This document shows, piece after piece, positions 37,751 to 47,644 of a stretch of 49,814 nucleotides of DNA; position 1 is the stretch's first letter; the number at the start of each line of letters is the position of its first letter. The position numbers were made by a program, and so were the translations under genes. Source of the DNA: a bacterium (GTDB taxonomy: Bacteria; Hinthialibacterota; Hinthialibacteria; Hinthialibacterales; Hinthialibacteraceae); contig CAXXSM010000044.1 in the NCBI GenBank assembly GCA_963663405.2, positions 1-49,814 on the forward strand, read 5' to 3'. The notes below the pieces were generated by a model. The model had not been told where the DNA came from. It searched no databases and was given only the letters and a program-made list of their open reading frames with translations.

Positions 37751-39580
37751 ATGCAGAATTCCATGAGCGCATTCACTCTATTTCTACTTATCTTGAATCC
37801 ATTCACGCTATTTTATTGCGCCTGTTTCATGATCGCGTCGTGGCGGATTGTTCTGCGGTATCTCCACTTTTTTCAGCAAGAGGAATATGACAGCGGGCGT
37901 TTTCTGAAATGGTGGATCCGGACACGATCGTTTGAGCGGCGGGCGTCGCTCTTGTGTATAGCGCTGGCTTTGGGGTATTTTTTCGCTTTCATCCAGTTTC
38001 CCCACTTATTTCCGTTTTACATTGTTGTTAGCAGTCCAGATCAAACAACGTTTGAATGGATCAATAATCTATCTTCAACATACGTTATTTTATTTGGAAT
38101 CTTACTTTTCGTGTTTGCATTGATCGCAGCCGCGGGATTCAGCAATCGGCCCGGCGCCGCGAAAAAACCGCTTGCCTTCACGTCGCGGGCAAAACGGATT
38201 TTTACCGTTTCCTATCTCATTCTACTCGCAATTCTATTCATCGTATCCAGTTTAATCTTCTTCCTGCGAGCTCCATCCGATAATCTGGCATATCTATATG
38301 AACAATTGTTTTATGCTCTGATCGGCCCGTTTTCTCCAATCGTATTATTACTACTCTTCTTGGTCTTGCTGCAGAGTATCCCGATCTCATTGGCCGCGGC
38401 AAATACCATTCTGAATCCTATGGAGGCATCGATCCAACGCCGGTATATCAACGAAGCGAAAGACATCTTAAAAAAGTACGAACCGGATATCATTGGGATC
38501 ACCGGCAGTTATGGAAAAACATCGATTAAACACATTCTCTCGCATATTCTTTCCTGCCACGCGCAAACACTCGCGACGCCCGGCAGTGTGAATACGCAAA
38601 TGGGAATCACGCGGGTGATCCGTGAACGGCTGCGATCCGATCACCGTTTTTTCATTGTCGAGATGGGCGCGTACCGGCCCGGTTCGATCCAGAAATTATG
38701 TGAATTAACTTCCCCAAAGTCAGCGATTGTAACAGGAGTGGGATTAGCGCATTTAGAACGTTTCAAAACGGAGGAGACCATCGCGCGAGCGAAATCCGAA
38801 CTGCCCCTGGCCCTACCCGCCGAAGGAATCGCTGTTCTAAATGGGGATGATCCCCATTGCCGGAATATGGCGAAGACTCTCCTAACCCACGCCTTCTTCT
38901 ATGGCCGTTCGGAGGATCTGGGACCACTGGATTGCCGCCTGGTGGAATCAGAACTAACCGCTGAAGGCATGCGGTGTGTTTTTGAATATAGAGATAAAAC
39001 CTATGATGTTACGATGCCTCTCTATGGCGAACATCAAGCGTTAAACGCGGCGGGCGCGTTTTTATTAGCCGCTGAACTCGGCGCCGCGCCTATAACCATA
39101 ACCGCCGCATTGAAAATTGTTCCACCCATCGATCACCGTCTGGTCGTAACAAAAGGGGCGGATGGAATTACATGGATTGACGACGCATATAACTCCAATC
39201 CAACAGGCTTCCTGAATGCGCTTGACACGCTGCGTGTCCTGCCGGGAACCAACAAAATTCTTATCACACCGGGAATGGTGGAACTGGGTGGAAAACACGC
39301 GGAGGAACACGCGCGCGTGGCGGAAAAAGCGGCTCAAGTTTGCGATGCGATCGCCCTTGTCGCCCCCAAGCGGATTCCCGAACTGCGCGAAGGACTCTTG
39401 AAAAATGGTTTCCCTGAAGAGAATTTACATGAATTCGATACCCTCAACGCGGCGAAAGAATGGCTGGATACAGTGATTCGTTCCGGCGCGGTTGTCTTGT
39501 TCGAGAACGATCTGCCGGATCTCTATGAATCCCCCTCGGCATTTACATTACTAGGTGGAAGGTTGAAGACAGAAGGCTGA
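37751..39580 (+). CDS. murF: UDP-N-acetylmuramoyl-tripeptide--D-alanyl-D-alanine ligase with N-terminal membrane domain
   Basis: GITGSYGKT P-loop, VEMGAY, AHLERF, LNGDD, DDAYNSNP, TPGMVELG and ENDLPD; directly upstream of ddl. Confidence 0.88.
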   Translation: MQNSMSAFTLFLLILNPFTLFYCACFMIASWRIVLRYLHFFQQEEYDSGRFLKWWIRTRSFERRASLLCIALALGYFFAFIQFPHLFPFYIVVSSPDQTTFEWINNLSSTYVILFGILLFVFALIAAAGFSNRPGAAKKPLAFTSRAKRIFTVSYLILLAILFIVSSLIFFLRAPSDNLAYLYEQLFYALIGPFSPIVLLLLFLVLLQSIPISLAAANTILNPMEASIQRRYINEAKDILKKYEPDIIGITGSYGKTSIKHILSHILSCHAQTLATPGSVNTQMGITRVIRERLRSDHRFFIVEMGAYRPGSIQKLCELTSPKSAIVTGVGLAHLERFKTEETIARAKSELPLALPAEGIAVLNGDDPHCRNMAKTLLTHAFFYGRSEDLGPLDCRLVESELTAEGMRCVFEYRDKTYDVTMPLYGEHQALNAAGAFLLAAELGAAPITITAALKIVPPIDHRLVVTKGADGITWIDDAYNSNPTGFLNALDTLRVLPGTNKILITPGMVELGGKHAEEHARVAEKAAQVCDAIALVAPKRIPELREGLLKNGFPEENLHEFDTLNAAKEWLDTVIRSGAVVLFENDLPDLYESPSAFTLLGGRLKTEG

Positions 39581-39609
39581 AGGTTTTCCCTTCGGCCTTT
39601 GGCCTTCGG
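39558..39609. repeat. Inverted heptamer repeat array overlapping the murF stop
   Basis: GAAGGTT GAAGACA GAAGGCT GAAGG then CCTTC GGCCTTT GGCCTTC; 7-nt periodic and self-complementary. Confidence 0.6.
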
Positions 39610-39640
39610 ATTATTTACCTGCGCATTAGGAGAAGTTTGA

Positions 39641-40836
39641 ATGTCTGATACACAAAAAACGCGAGTGGCTGTATTGTTTGGCGGGCGTTCGCCCGAACAT
39701 GAGATCAGCGTTGTGACCGCTTTGCAGGTTCTCGACGCGTTTGACTCGACGCGCTTCGAGACGATCCCCGTTTATATCGATACAGATGGCTATTGGTACA
39801 CCGGAGAAGAACTGCGGGACCGGGGAAATTATCTGCCCTCGCAGGAACTGAAAAAGAAACTCAAGCGGGTGACGCTCTCAAGCGATCCCGTTTCCGCATT
39901 AGTGGAAGCCGAACCACAAAAAGGTTTTTTCGGACAGAAAAAACCTCAGCGCTTTCCAATCGATGTCTTTTTCCCCCGCCTTTCATGGCGTAACATGGGG
40001 AAGACGGCTGTATCCAGGGTTTCTTCGAATTAACCGGCGCAACGTATGTTGGTTCCGGTCCGCGCGCCTGCGCAATTGGAATGCACAAACACAATGCGAA
40101 ACAGATCCTGTCCTCCTTGGGGATTCCCGTATTACCGGGGATTTTGCTGGATCAGCGCGAATGGAACGCGGAAAAAGCGGATGAAATCGCGGGTGATCTT
40201 ATTGAAAAGATGGCGCTTCCGGTTATGGTCAAGCCGTGTAATTTAGGATCGAGCATCGCGGTCTCATCCGCGCATAGTCTGGATCAACTAATGGTGTCGC
40301 TGGCGGGCGCGTTTGTATTTGATCGGGAAGTAATCGTTGAACCGTTTTTACAGGATATGTATGAATTAAACGTTTCCGTTCTGGATGGTGATCTCCCCCG
40401 TCTTTCGGCGATCGAGCGCCCCCGCCGTGAGGAAGAACTCCTCACCTTCGAGCAGAAATATTTGAAAGGGAACAAGAAAATGTCCTCCTCCCGCAGCGAG
40501 GGGATGGCGTCGCTGCCCCGTGATCTAAATCCCAGCGATGTGCCCGATTCGATTTTGGAGCAGACGCGATCCTATGCGCTCAAAGCGTTTCGGGGATTGG
40601 ACTGCCGGGGATTGGTGCGATTCGATTTCCTCATCAACGCAAAAGATGGGAGCGTCTATTTCAACGAAGTGAATCCTCTTCCCGGCTCATTCTCCTATTA
40701 TCTTTGGGAAGCGGCGGAACCGAAACTTCCTTTTACGGAATTGCTGGCGGAATTGATCCGGCTTGCGCAGGAGGAGAAGAAGGCGAAACAAAGGGTGCGG
40801 CGGATTATGGAACGGCGGTTGTTTAAAGAGGGGTGA
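39641..40836 (+). CDS. ddl: D-alanine--D-alanine ligase (two apparent +1 frameshifts near 39975 and 39992)
   Basis: LFGGRSPEHEIS; reconstructed FPAFHGVHGEDGCIQG; VKPCNLGSSI; FEQKY; RFDF; NEVNPLPGS. Confidence 0.92.
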
Positions 40837-40895
40837 AATACTACTATTATTTGTTGATTTTACATAGTGATATTTTTATATGATTTAATTTGAAA

Positions 40896-40956
40896 TGGTG
40901 GGCTACGCTCGCTTAAAAAATTCCGGCGCAAGCGCCAGTATTTAGCCCACCCTACG
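40896..40956 (-). repeat. GTAG-type REP-like palindrome
   Basis: Minus strand reads GTAG-GGTGGGCTA...TAGCCCACC, intergenic after ddl. Confidence 0.6.
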
Positions 40957-40968
40957 CTCTGTTGGAAT

Positions 40969-41745
40969 ATGAAGATGAATGATTCCATTAGGATCGTCAC
41001 TGTTGACGCTACAAATCTGGAAGAAGAAGGATTCTTCTGTTATAAGAGCAAACCCAAGTCTGAGGGATATCAGAACAAGCAATGCTGGCTGAGGGATCGT
41101 ATCGAAGAAGGTTTACGAATAAAGATTCTCTATGAGGGGAAAAGGTCGGTTGGATTTATTGAATATATCCCTGCTGAGTATACTTGGCGGGTAGTCGACG
41201 CGCCGAATTATTATGTTATACACTGTCTTTGGATTGTTGGCAGAATGAAAAAGAAGGGATATGGTTCCCGTTTGCTGGAGGAGTGTTTAACAGACGCTCG
41301 CCAGCAGGATAAATATGGAGCCGTGATGGTGAGCAGCCGGGGCAATTGGTTGGCGAATGAAAAAATCTTTTTGAAAAATGGTTTTGAAAAACTGGATTCG
41401 GCGCCCCCCTCGTTCAGTTTGTTAGTCAAGAATGTCAAAAAAGGGCCTAAGCCGGTCTTCCCACAGGATTGGGAAAAAAGGCGGAAGAAGTATTCTTCCG
41501 GCGTAACGATAGTCTATGCGGATCAGTGTCCCTATATACCCGACGCGGTGCAACGAGCTGTTGACGAGTTTGCAGCGAGAGGAATCAAGGCCAAAACGAT
41601 CAAACTTAAGAGCCGCGATGAGATACGAGCCATGTCCCCAACCGCGTATGGAATTTTCGGAATCCTCTGCGATGGAAAATTATTGACCTATCATTATTTG
41701 GGGAATAAAGAGTTGAAACGGCTTGATGAGGAATTTCTTGTGTAA
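40969..41745 (+). CDS. GNAT family acetyltransferase with YoaP-like C-terminal domain
   Basis: GFIEYIPAEY, IHCLWI, KKKGYGSRLL acetyl-CoA motif, DQCPY. Confidence 0.88.
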   Translation: MKMNDSIRIVTVDATNLEEEGFFCYKSKPKSEGYQNKQCWLRDRIEEGLRIKILYEGKRSVGFIEYIPAEYTWRVVDAPNYYVIHCLWIVGRMKKKGYGSRLLEECLTDARQQDKYGAVMVSSRGNWLANEKIFLKNGFEKLDSAPPSFSLLVKNVKKGPKPVFPQDWEKRRKKYSSGVTIVYADQCPYIPDAVQRAVDEFAARGIKAKTIKLKSRDEIRAMSPTAYGIFGILCDGKLLTYHYLGNKELKRLDEEFLV

Positions 41746-41799
41746 TTATACAAGAAGTGGATTTCTACAATTTTGACAATGTGAACGAACGAATAGAAC

Positions 41800-42646
41800 A
41801 TGAAAATGAAACCAAAAATCGCAGTATTGCAATTCCCCGGCTCGAATTGTGAATCGGAGACGGCGCGATCATTGGAGATCGTGGGACTTGACGCGGAAGT
41901 GTTCCGTTGGAAACCGGCCGGCGGAAGAATTGAAACCATTCGCGGGTTATCTTTTACCCGGTGGATTTTCGTACGAAGACCGGGTGCGGGCGGGTGTGAT
42001 CGCCGCGAAAGAGCCGTTGCTGGAAGAACTCGTTATACAAGCGGAAAGTGGAAAGCCTATCCTGGGCATCTGCAATGGCGCGCAGATCTTGCTTGAAACC
42101 GGTCTTCTGCCCGGCATTCATCCCGGCCGGGTGGAGATGGCCCTTGCGACGAATTATATGACTCATGGTGGAGAAGTGGTGCGGCGCGGCCATCATTGCG
42201 GGTGGATCAATCTACGCTGCGAAAGCGATCCGGATCGCACGCCCTTCACACGATGCGCATCGAAAGGCGACATTCTCCCAATGACTGTATCTCATGGAGA
42301 AGGCCGCTTTACAAGCAATGATCAAGATATTTTAAAAAAGTTGGAAGACGGAGGCCAAATTCTTTGGCGCTATTGTGATGATGATGGGAATTGTGAAGAG
42401 GGATTGCCCGTCAATCCTAATGGCGCGTACGCCAACCTAGCGGGGATCTGTAATCCGCAAGGGAACGTCGCCGCTTTGATGCCGCATCCAGAACGGGCGT
42501 TCTTCGTCCGGCAGGTTCCATCCTCCTGGTATGGGCCGTGGGGAGAGAAGCGCCGCGCCGCCGCTGGCAGTATTGAAGAGATGAACGAACCAGGCCCCGG
42601 TTGCGCGCTCTTCCAATCCCTTGCGAATTTTCTGACGGCGCAATAA
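41800..42646 (+). CDS. purQ: Phosphoribosylformylglycinamidine synthase subunit PurQ (apparent +1 frameshift near 41912)
   Basis: FPGSNCE, PGGFSYED, LGICNG, SHGEGR, NPNG and MPHPER. Removing one A joins VFRW-NRPAEE. Confidence 0.93.
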
Positions 42647-42653
42647 AGACAAA

Positions 42654-42679
42654 GAGCGCCCAAAAAGGCGCCCCTGCGT
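42654..42679. repeat. REP-like palindrome / terminator between convergent purQ and ROK genes
   Basis: GAGCGCCC-AAAAA-GGCGCCCCTGC; the minus strand begins GCAGGGGCGCC, resembling GTAG-type REPs. Confidence 0.45.
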
Positions 42680-42705
42680 ATTATCACTTATTACTGCGTT
42701 CTTTA

Positions 42706-43689
42706 TTATTTCTCTGCGCTCTGACTTAACACCAAGCCTGCGGCGCCGATGGTTCCCGCTTCTTCACCCAACTTCGCGCGGACAATCGGCGTCGAGAAAT
42801 GAGAATCGAAAAAGACCCGCCATTTGATCTCTTCACGCGCATAATCAAACAAAAGATCTCCCATATTGGAGGCGCCGCCGCCGATACAGATGATCTCAGG
42901 ATTAAAACAGAGGATCAATGTCGCAATCCCGATCCCTAGATGTTTCCCAGCGTGCGCGATCACTTGATTCGCGACTTTGTCACCTTGAACGGCGGCGTCA
43001 TAGACCATTTTGGAGGTAATTTTCGAGCGGTCTCCTCCGCACATCTCTTTTAAGATCGTATCGATATGTTCGACTTTTGCCTTGCTCCGGGCGTAGTTGG
43101 CGATTCCACTGGCGGAAGCGTAGGTTTCCAGGCAACCTTCGTTCCCACAGCCACAGACCGGCCCGCTTGGATTCACCATAATATGGCCCAACTCTCCCCC
43201 AAAGCCTCGCGCGCCGTGATAGACTTTCTTATCCACAATAATCCCGCCGCCGACACCCGTTCCCAGAGTCAACACGAGAACGACGGATTTCCCCCGGCCC
43301 TCGCCGAACAACGCTTCTCCCAACGCGCAGACGTTGGCGTCGTTATCCGCCCAAGTGAATATATTGAAGCGTTCGAGAAAGATCTCCCTGACATTGATCC
43401 AATAATCCCAGTCCGGAATATTGACGGGGCGGGTGATTGCGCCCTTTTCGTGATCGATCAATCCCGGACTGCCGATGCCGATCCCTTGCAATTGTTCCCG
43501 CCGTCCCTTCATCGCCTCGGAATCGAGAATCTCTTGGATGAGATCGCCGATGCGATCAACGACTTTCCTACCGCCCACTTCCGCCTTTGTCGGTTTTTTA
43601 TATGTCTGGATTAATGCGCCATCTTCCGAGACTAAACCGGCTTTAATGTCTGTTCCACCTAAATCAATACCTATTGCCACGCGGGTCAT
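42706..43689 (-). CDS. ROK family sugar kinase (glucokinase-like)
   Basis: GIDLGGT, GIGSPG, NDANVCALGE, TLGTGVGGG, GELGH and CGCGNEGCLE; no HTH. Confidence 0.95.
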   Translation of the reverse strand: MTRVAIGIDLGGTDIKAGLVSEDGALIQTYKKPTKAEVGGRKVVDRIGDLIQEILDSEAMKGRREQLQGIGIGSPGLIDHEKGAITRPVNIPDWDYWINVREIFLERFNIFTWADNDANVCALGEALFGEGRGKSVVLVLTLGTGVGGGIIVDKKVYHGARGFGGELGHIMVNPSGPVCGCGNEGCLETYASASGIANYARSKAKVEHIDTILKEMCGGDRSKITSKMVYDAAVQGDKVANQVIAHAGKHLGIGIATLILCFNPEIICIGGGASNMGDLLFDYAREEIKWRVFFDSHFSTPIVRAKLGEEAGTIGAAGLVLSQSAEK

Positions 43690-43830
43690 GCTAGATCCGG
43701 CTCCTTGCTAAAATTATGTAAAGGATTTACAAATCCTAAACGATAAAGGATGGCACGGTCAGGCCATTCCATCAAGAAGCGCGGCGGGGAAATGAGAAAA
43801 AACGTCTCCCGTCAACACATAAACTTTGCC

Positions 43831-43839
43831 TGTTATAAT
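43831..43839 (+). promoter_or_regulatory. Extended -10 promoter element
   Basis: TGTTATAAT, 33 nt upstream of the ATG at 43872. Confidence 0.5.
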
Positions 43840-43871
43840 AAAACGAACGAGAAGCAAATGAAGGAAAACTT

Positions 43872-44534
43872 ATGATCTATCTCATTTATGATTATCCACA
43901 AGTGGGGATCGCCATCTTTGGTGTTCTGCTCCTCGCGATCTCTTTTCAACGAAATGTCCCACGCTTGGATGGCGCTCCGGTGTGGAGACGACACAGCGGC
44001 CCGTGAAGGACGGCTGACGCTCAATCCGATGATGCACTTCGATCCGATGGGATTGATGTTCATCCTCTTCGCCACGTTCGGGTGGGGACGCCCAGTGCCT
44101 GTCAATCTGAACAACCTGCGTGATCCACGCAGGGATTCGATGCTCATTTCGATCGCAGGGCCTGCTAGTAATATTTTGCAGGCTATTCTCTTTGTAATTC
44201 TCTTTCGACTCACTTACAACCAAGCCGCATTTGAGTTTTTGGGGGAAGGGATTTACCGGGCTTGTACCCTCGTTTTTCAATATGGTGTCATAATTAACAT
44301 GACACTAGCGTTCTTCAATATGATACCCCGTTTTCCCCTTTAGATGGTGAGAAAGTGCTGGTTGGATTGCTGCCATACGAGCAGGCGAGGAAAATGGAAG
44401 ATTTCCGGCAGCATGGTATGATGGTGTTGTTTCTATTGTTGATGTCGGGATGGCTCCTTCGTGGACCATCGATTTTGGATTTTTATTTTAACATGACCAG
44501 TCAGCCACTGAGTTATTTCATGCTGGGTATTTAA
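43872..44534 (+). CDS. Site-2 protease family (M50) membrane metalloprotease, with three apparent +1 frameshifts
   Basis: Reconstructed HEMSH (HExxH), GRLTLNP, GWGRPVPV, IAGPASN and FNMIPVFPLDG; extra bases near 43947, 44327 and 44337. Confidence 0.88.
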
Positions 44535-44565
44535 TAGGCTTTAAATATGGAGGATATCTCATACG

Positions 44566-45412
44566 ATGTGGAATGGGCAAATGAACAAAACAGGAATCCC
44601 CGCAATCAGTTTGATCGCGTTGATCAGCCTCTATTTGACCGGCTGTTCTGGCGATTCGGGTCCTCAAACGATGGAACCTGTCGATCTTCCCGCGATTGAA
44701 ATCAATATCCCCAACATGCCGGAAGGGGCCGTGCCGCTGGCGATGGTCTTGATACCAGCGGGCACGTTTACTATGGGATCTCCTGACAATGAAGAAGGCC
44801 GCCTTTCGCGGGAAGGCCCCCAACATCAAGTCACTATCACCCATCCTTTCTACATGAGCCGCTACGAAGTGACGCAGGCGATTTGGGAAATCGTCATGAG
44901 CAACAATCCATCCCAATTCAAGAGCATGAACCACCCCGTTGAAAATGTATCCTGGAACGAATGCCTGGAATTTATCCAGCGGATCAACACGAAAGGCGTT
45001 GGATTGTTCCGCCTGCCCACGGAGGCGGAGTGGGAATACGCATGCCGGGCGGGGATGACAACTCCGTTTTACTGGGGAAGCGAGGGTGAATCCGAGATTA
45101 ACAAATACGCATGGTATAACGGAAACAATCAGCCTAACGGAACGAAGGAAGTTGGTTTAAAACTGCCTAACGCCTGGGGATTGTTCGACATGAGCGGGAA
45201 TGTGTATGAATGGTGTCACGACTGGTATGGAGAGTATTCCAGCCGTCCCCAAACCGATCCCACCGGCCCTGCCTCCAGCAAGTATCACATCGTTCGCGGG
45301 GGACGCTGGGGCAACACCGCGACATATTGCCGCTCAGCCTACCGCGCCGTCATCCCCCCCGGATAACCGGGACGGCAGCCTCGGCTTCCGGCTTGTGAAA
45401 ATGGCGCTGTGA
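44566..45412 (+). CDS. Formylglycine-generating enzyme (SUMF1/FGE-sulfatase) domain lipoprotein; apparent +1 frameshift in C7 run at 45354-45360
   Basis: LTGC lipobox; GTFTMGS, YEVTQ, PVENVSW, RLPTEAEWEYACRAG, NAWGLFDMSGNVYEW, RGG.W; the GFR terminus lies in the +1 frame. Confidence 0.9.
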
Positions 45413-45530
45413 TAATGGAGCGCGGACGTCCCACCCGTGACAAAAACTGATTCATCCAGCGGTTCTCTCATCAAAAAATCTATCGCCGATCATTAGAATT
45501 ACCACTCAATGCGCTGTCTGAATGTGATTA

Positions 45531-45594
45531 GGAATTATGCAAGGGCAGAAAAAAATGCCTTGCCATTGCTACCCATCTGGGATTATATGGGTAG
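45531..45594. repeat. Second, diverged copy of the 36689-36731 repeat followed by a hairpin
   Basis: GGAATTATGCAAGGGCAGAAAAAAATGCCTTGCCATTGCTACCC versus GGAAATTATGCAAGGGGAGAAATACACCTTGCCCTGGGTACCC; CTACCCAT/ATGGGTAG stem. Confidence 0.65.
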
Positions 45595-45800
45595 ATTAAG
45601 CCTTGTCTTTGCCACCCCAGCTGGTATTACAAATGGATAAAAACGTAAATGCTCCGGCGCAGGCGCCGGTAGTTGCCCTTGGTGTCCTATCTTATAAACC
45701 TTTATGATTGAGATCACAACTTACAACTGAAAATGAGTCGCGGAAGAGATTGAGAATGAGATAGTTATCTAGACTCATTTTCATATAAAAACAGTTCGAT

Positions 45801-47644
45801 TTACATATCGCGGATAAATTTCGCTGCGTAGGAGCGGACGGATTTTCCGTTGAGGATGTGAAAGACGCGGAGGCGGTCGACGAGTTGTTGGGAGAAACGG
45901 GAGAGGGGGATGTGGACGATTTTTTTGTGAAACCGGCGGGCAAGCAGTTTCCAAGACGACGAGGGAGAGCGTGGGGAGACCAGCGCGACGTGTTTCTCGC
46001 TGGAATGAAAAAAACGCGCCCGCCAGGAGACGTTCTTCTAGAATTCGAAATTGCGCGAAGCGGGGATCGCTCCAAACTTCGGGAATCGTGCGTGGTGGAT
46101 AGAGAAAGAAACTGCCACCGAACACACACTGCGAAATGCCCGGCCCGACGAATTGATCGCCGATCGGCGTAGAGAAAAAACAGAGAGTGGACTCTTTCTC
46201 GTGTTCGGCGTAAAAGGTGGTTTGCAGGCTGAATTTCTCTGGATCAGCCGGTGTCTCAAATAAAAAAACAACCACTTCGATTCCGCCCCGTGAAGGGGGT
46301 ATTTCCTTCACGAACAGGTCGCCCGTGAACCAATTGCGGATCGTTTCACGGATGTCCAATCCATCTTTTAACGAAGAAGAAAATTTCTCGGAGCGAACCA
46401 ATCCTTCGCCGATCATCGCTTTGGCGGCTTCCCGGACATGCGTGCTGAAACTCTCGATCCGTGTGTCTTCGGGCGGCCACGAGCAGATCCCATATGGATT
46501 CCACATCTGGCGCCATCGTTTCTGCTTCTGCGGTTCGGGAGGCCGTTTCAAAGGAAGGTTGCGCCATGAGACCGGTATCCCTAGAAGCCGGTTTTTGATC
46601 ATTCCTGCGCCGCCGCTTGGAAAAGACGCTTGTCCGATTCCAAACGCCGCCGCGTCCTGATCCCGCACATGTTGGAAGGGATACTGCTTGGCGGTCTCGA
46701 CCAGCGCGATCGCATACGTATCACCCACGATCTGCTTGGCGGCCAGGGGCGATTGTGTATAGATCCGGCGTCATGCGCGAATTCATCAGCGTCAAATTGC
46801 GGATGTATTGGAGCATGATTTGCAGGCGTTGGGATGTCGCCCAGTTATGCAAGGGTTTAAAACGCCGCAGCCACTCGCTTCGCGCTTCGAGCGTCAGTTC
46901 CTTGATTCCATCGATGGAGATGTTTTCATCGGGCAGCAATTCCCGCCGCGCTTTTTCGTAGAGATAAGTAATGTACGGAAGTTCGCCTAAGACGAAGGCG
47001 AGTGAACGTTCTTTGACGGGATAAACATGAATCGGCGCGAAGAACGGCTCTACCTCGGGCGCGGGAGTATCAAAAAAATACGCGTCCCGTAACCAGGGCC
47101 AATGCGCGATTGAACAGACACATAGAACGTTCCTATAATCCTCTTTCAAGTGACGCAGATTACCCGCCATTGTATGAATCCGCGCCTGCGTTTGTCCCGA
47201 CGATGGAGGTGGAGGGATTGTTGGCAGAATCGACGCGCAGAATTTATCCAGCGGCACTGTTTTAAGAGAATATGGATCGGGACAGTGAAACGATTCCGGT
47301 TGATAGACGGGCGTTTCCATATCCACGAATTCGATGGGGATATATTCTTCCAGCGCAATGCGAATCGCCATGATGACGGGCTGGCAGGGATCAATGGGAA
47401 CAATGTTCCATGCGGATTCGTCCCCCGGCTCTTCGGCGGCGGCCACTTCAATCAATGGAAGGTTCCGCACAGCTTGGAGAACGGATTCGCGAAACGATTC
47501 CGGCAGGGGAACGGCTAAACAATCCCATCGCGTTTCCAACATCGCGCGCCGGACTTCCAGCGCGAAATCCCCGCTTCCATGGACGACGGGAAGCAGGATT
47601 ACGTTTTCATCCAACGCGAAAATGGGATTGGATTTCACGTTCAT
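45801..47644 (-). CDS. Conserved-looking hypothetical protein translationally coupled to the MoxR ATPase (two apparent +1 frameshifts near 46747 and 46010)
   Basis: 4-bp overlap with the ATPase stop; LPVVHGS...DCLAVPLP N-terminus; [12 protein letters not shown]; [11 protein letters not shown]; reconstructed end ...[18 protein letters not shown]. Confidence 0.75.

Noticed and set aside
39641-40836. Van-type D-Ala-D-Lac ligase / glycopeptide resistance locus
   Set aside because: The omega loop keeps KY (FEQKY), as in D-Ala-D-Ala ligases, and no vanH, vanX or vanRS neighbours are present.
44566-45412. FGE/C-type-lectin-fold lipoprotein as a diversity-generating retroelement target or a true formylglycine-generating enzyme
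   Set aside because: No template repeat or reverse transcriptase is visible in the window, and the paired catalytic cysteines of true FGE are absent. A remote DGR cannot be excluded.
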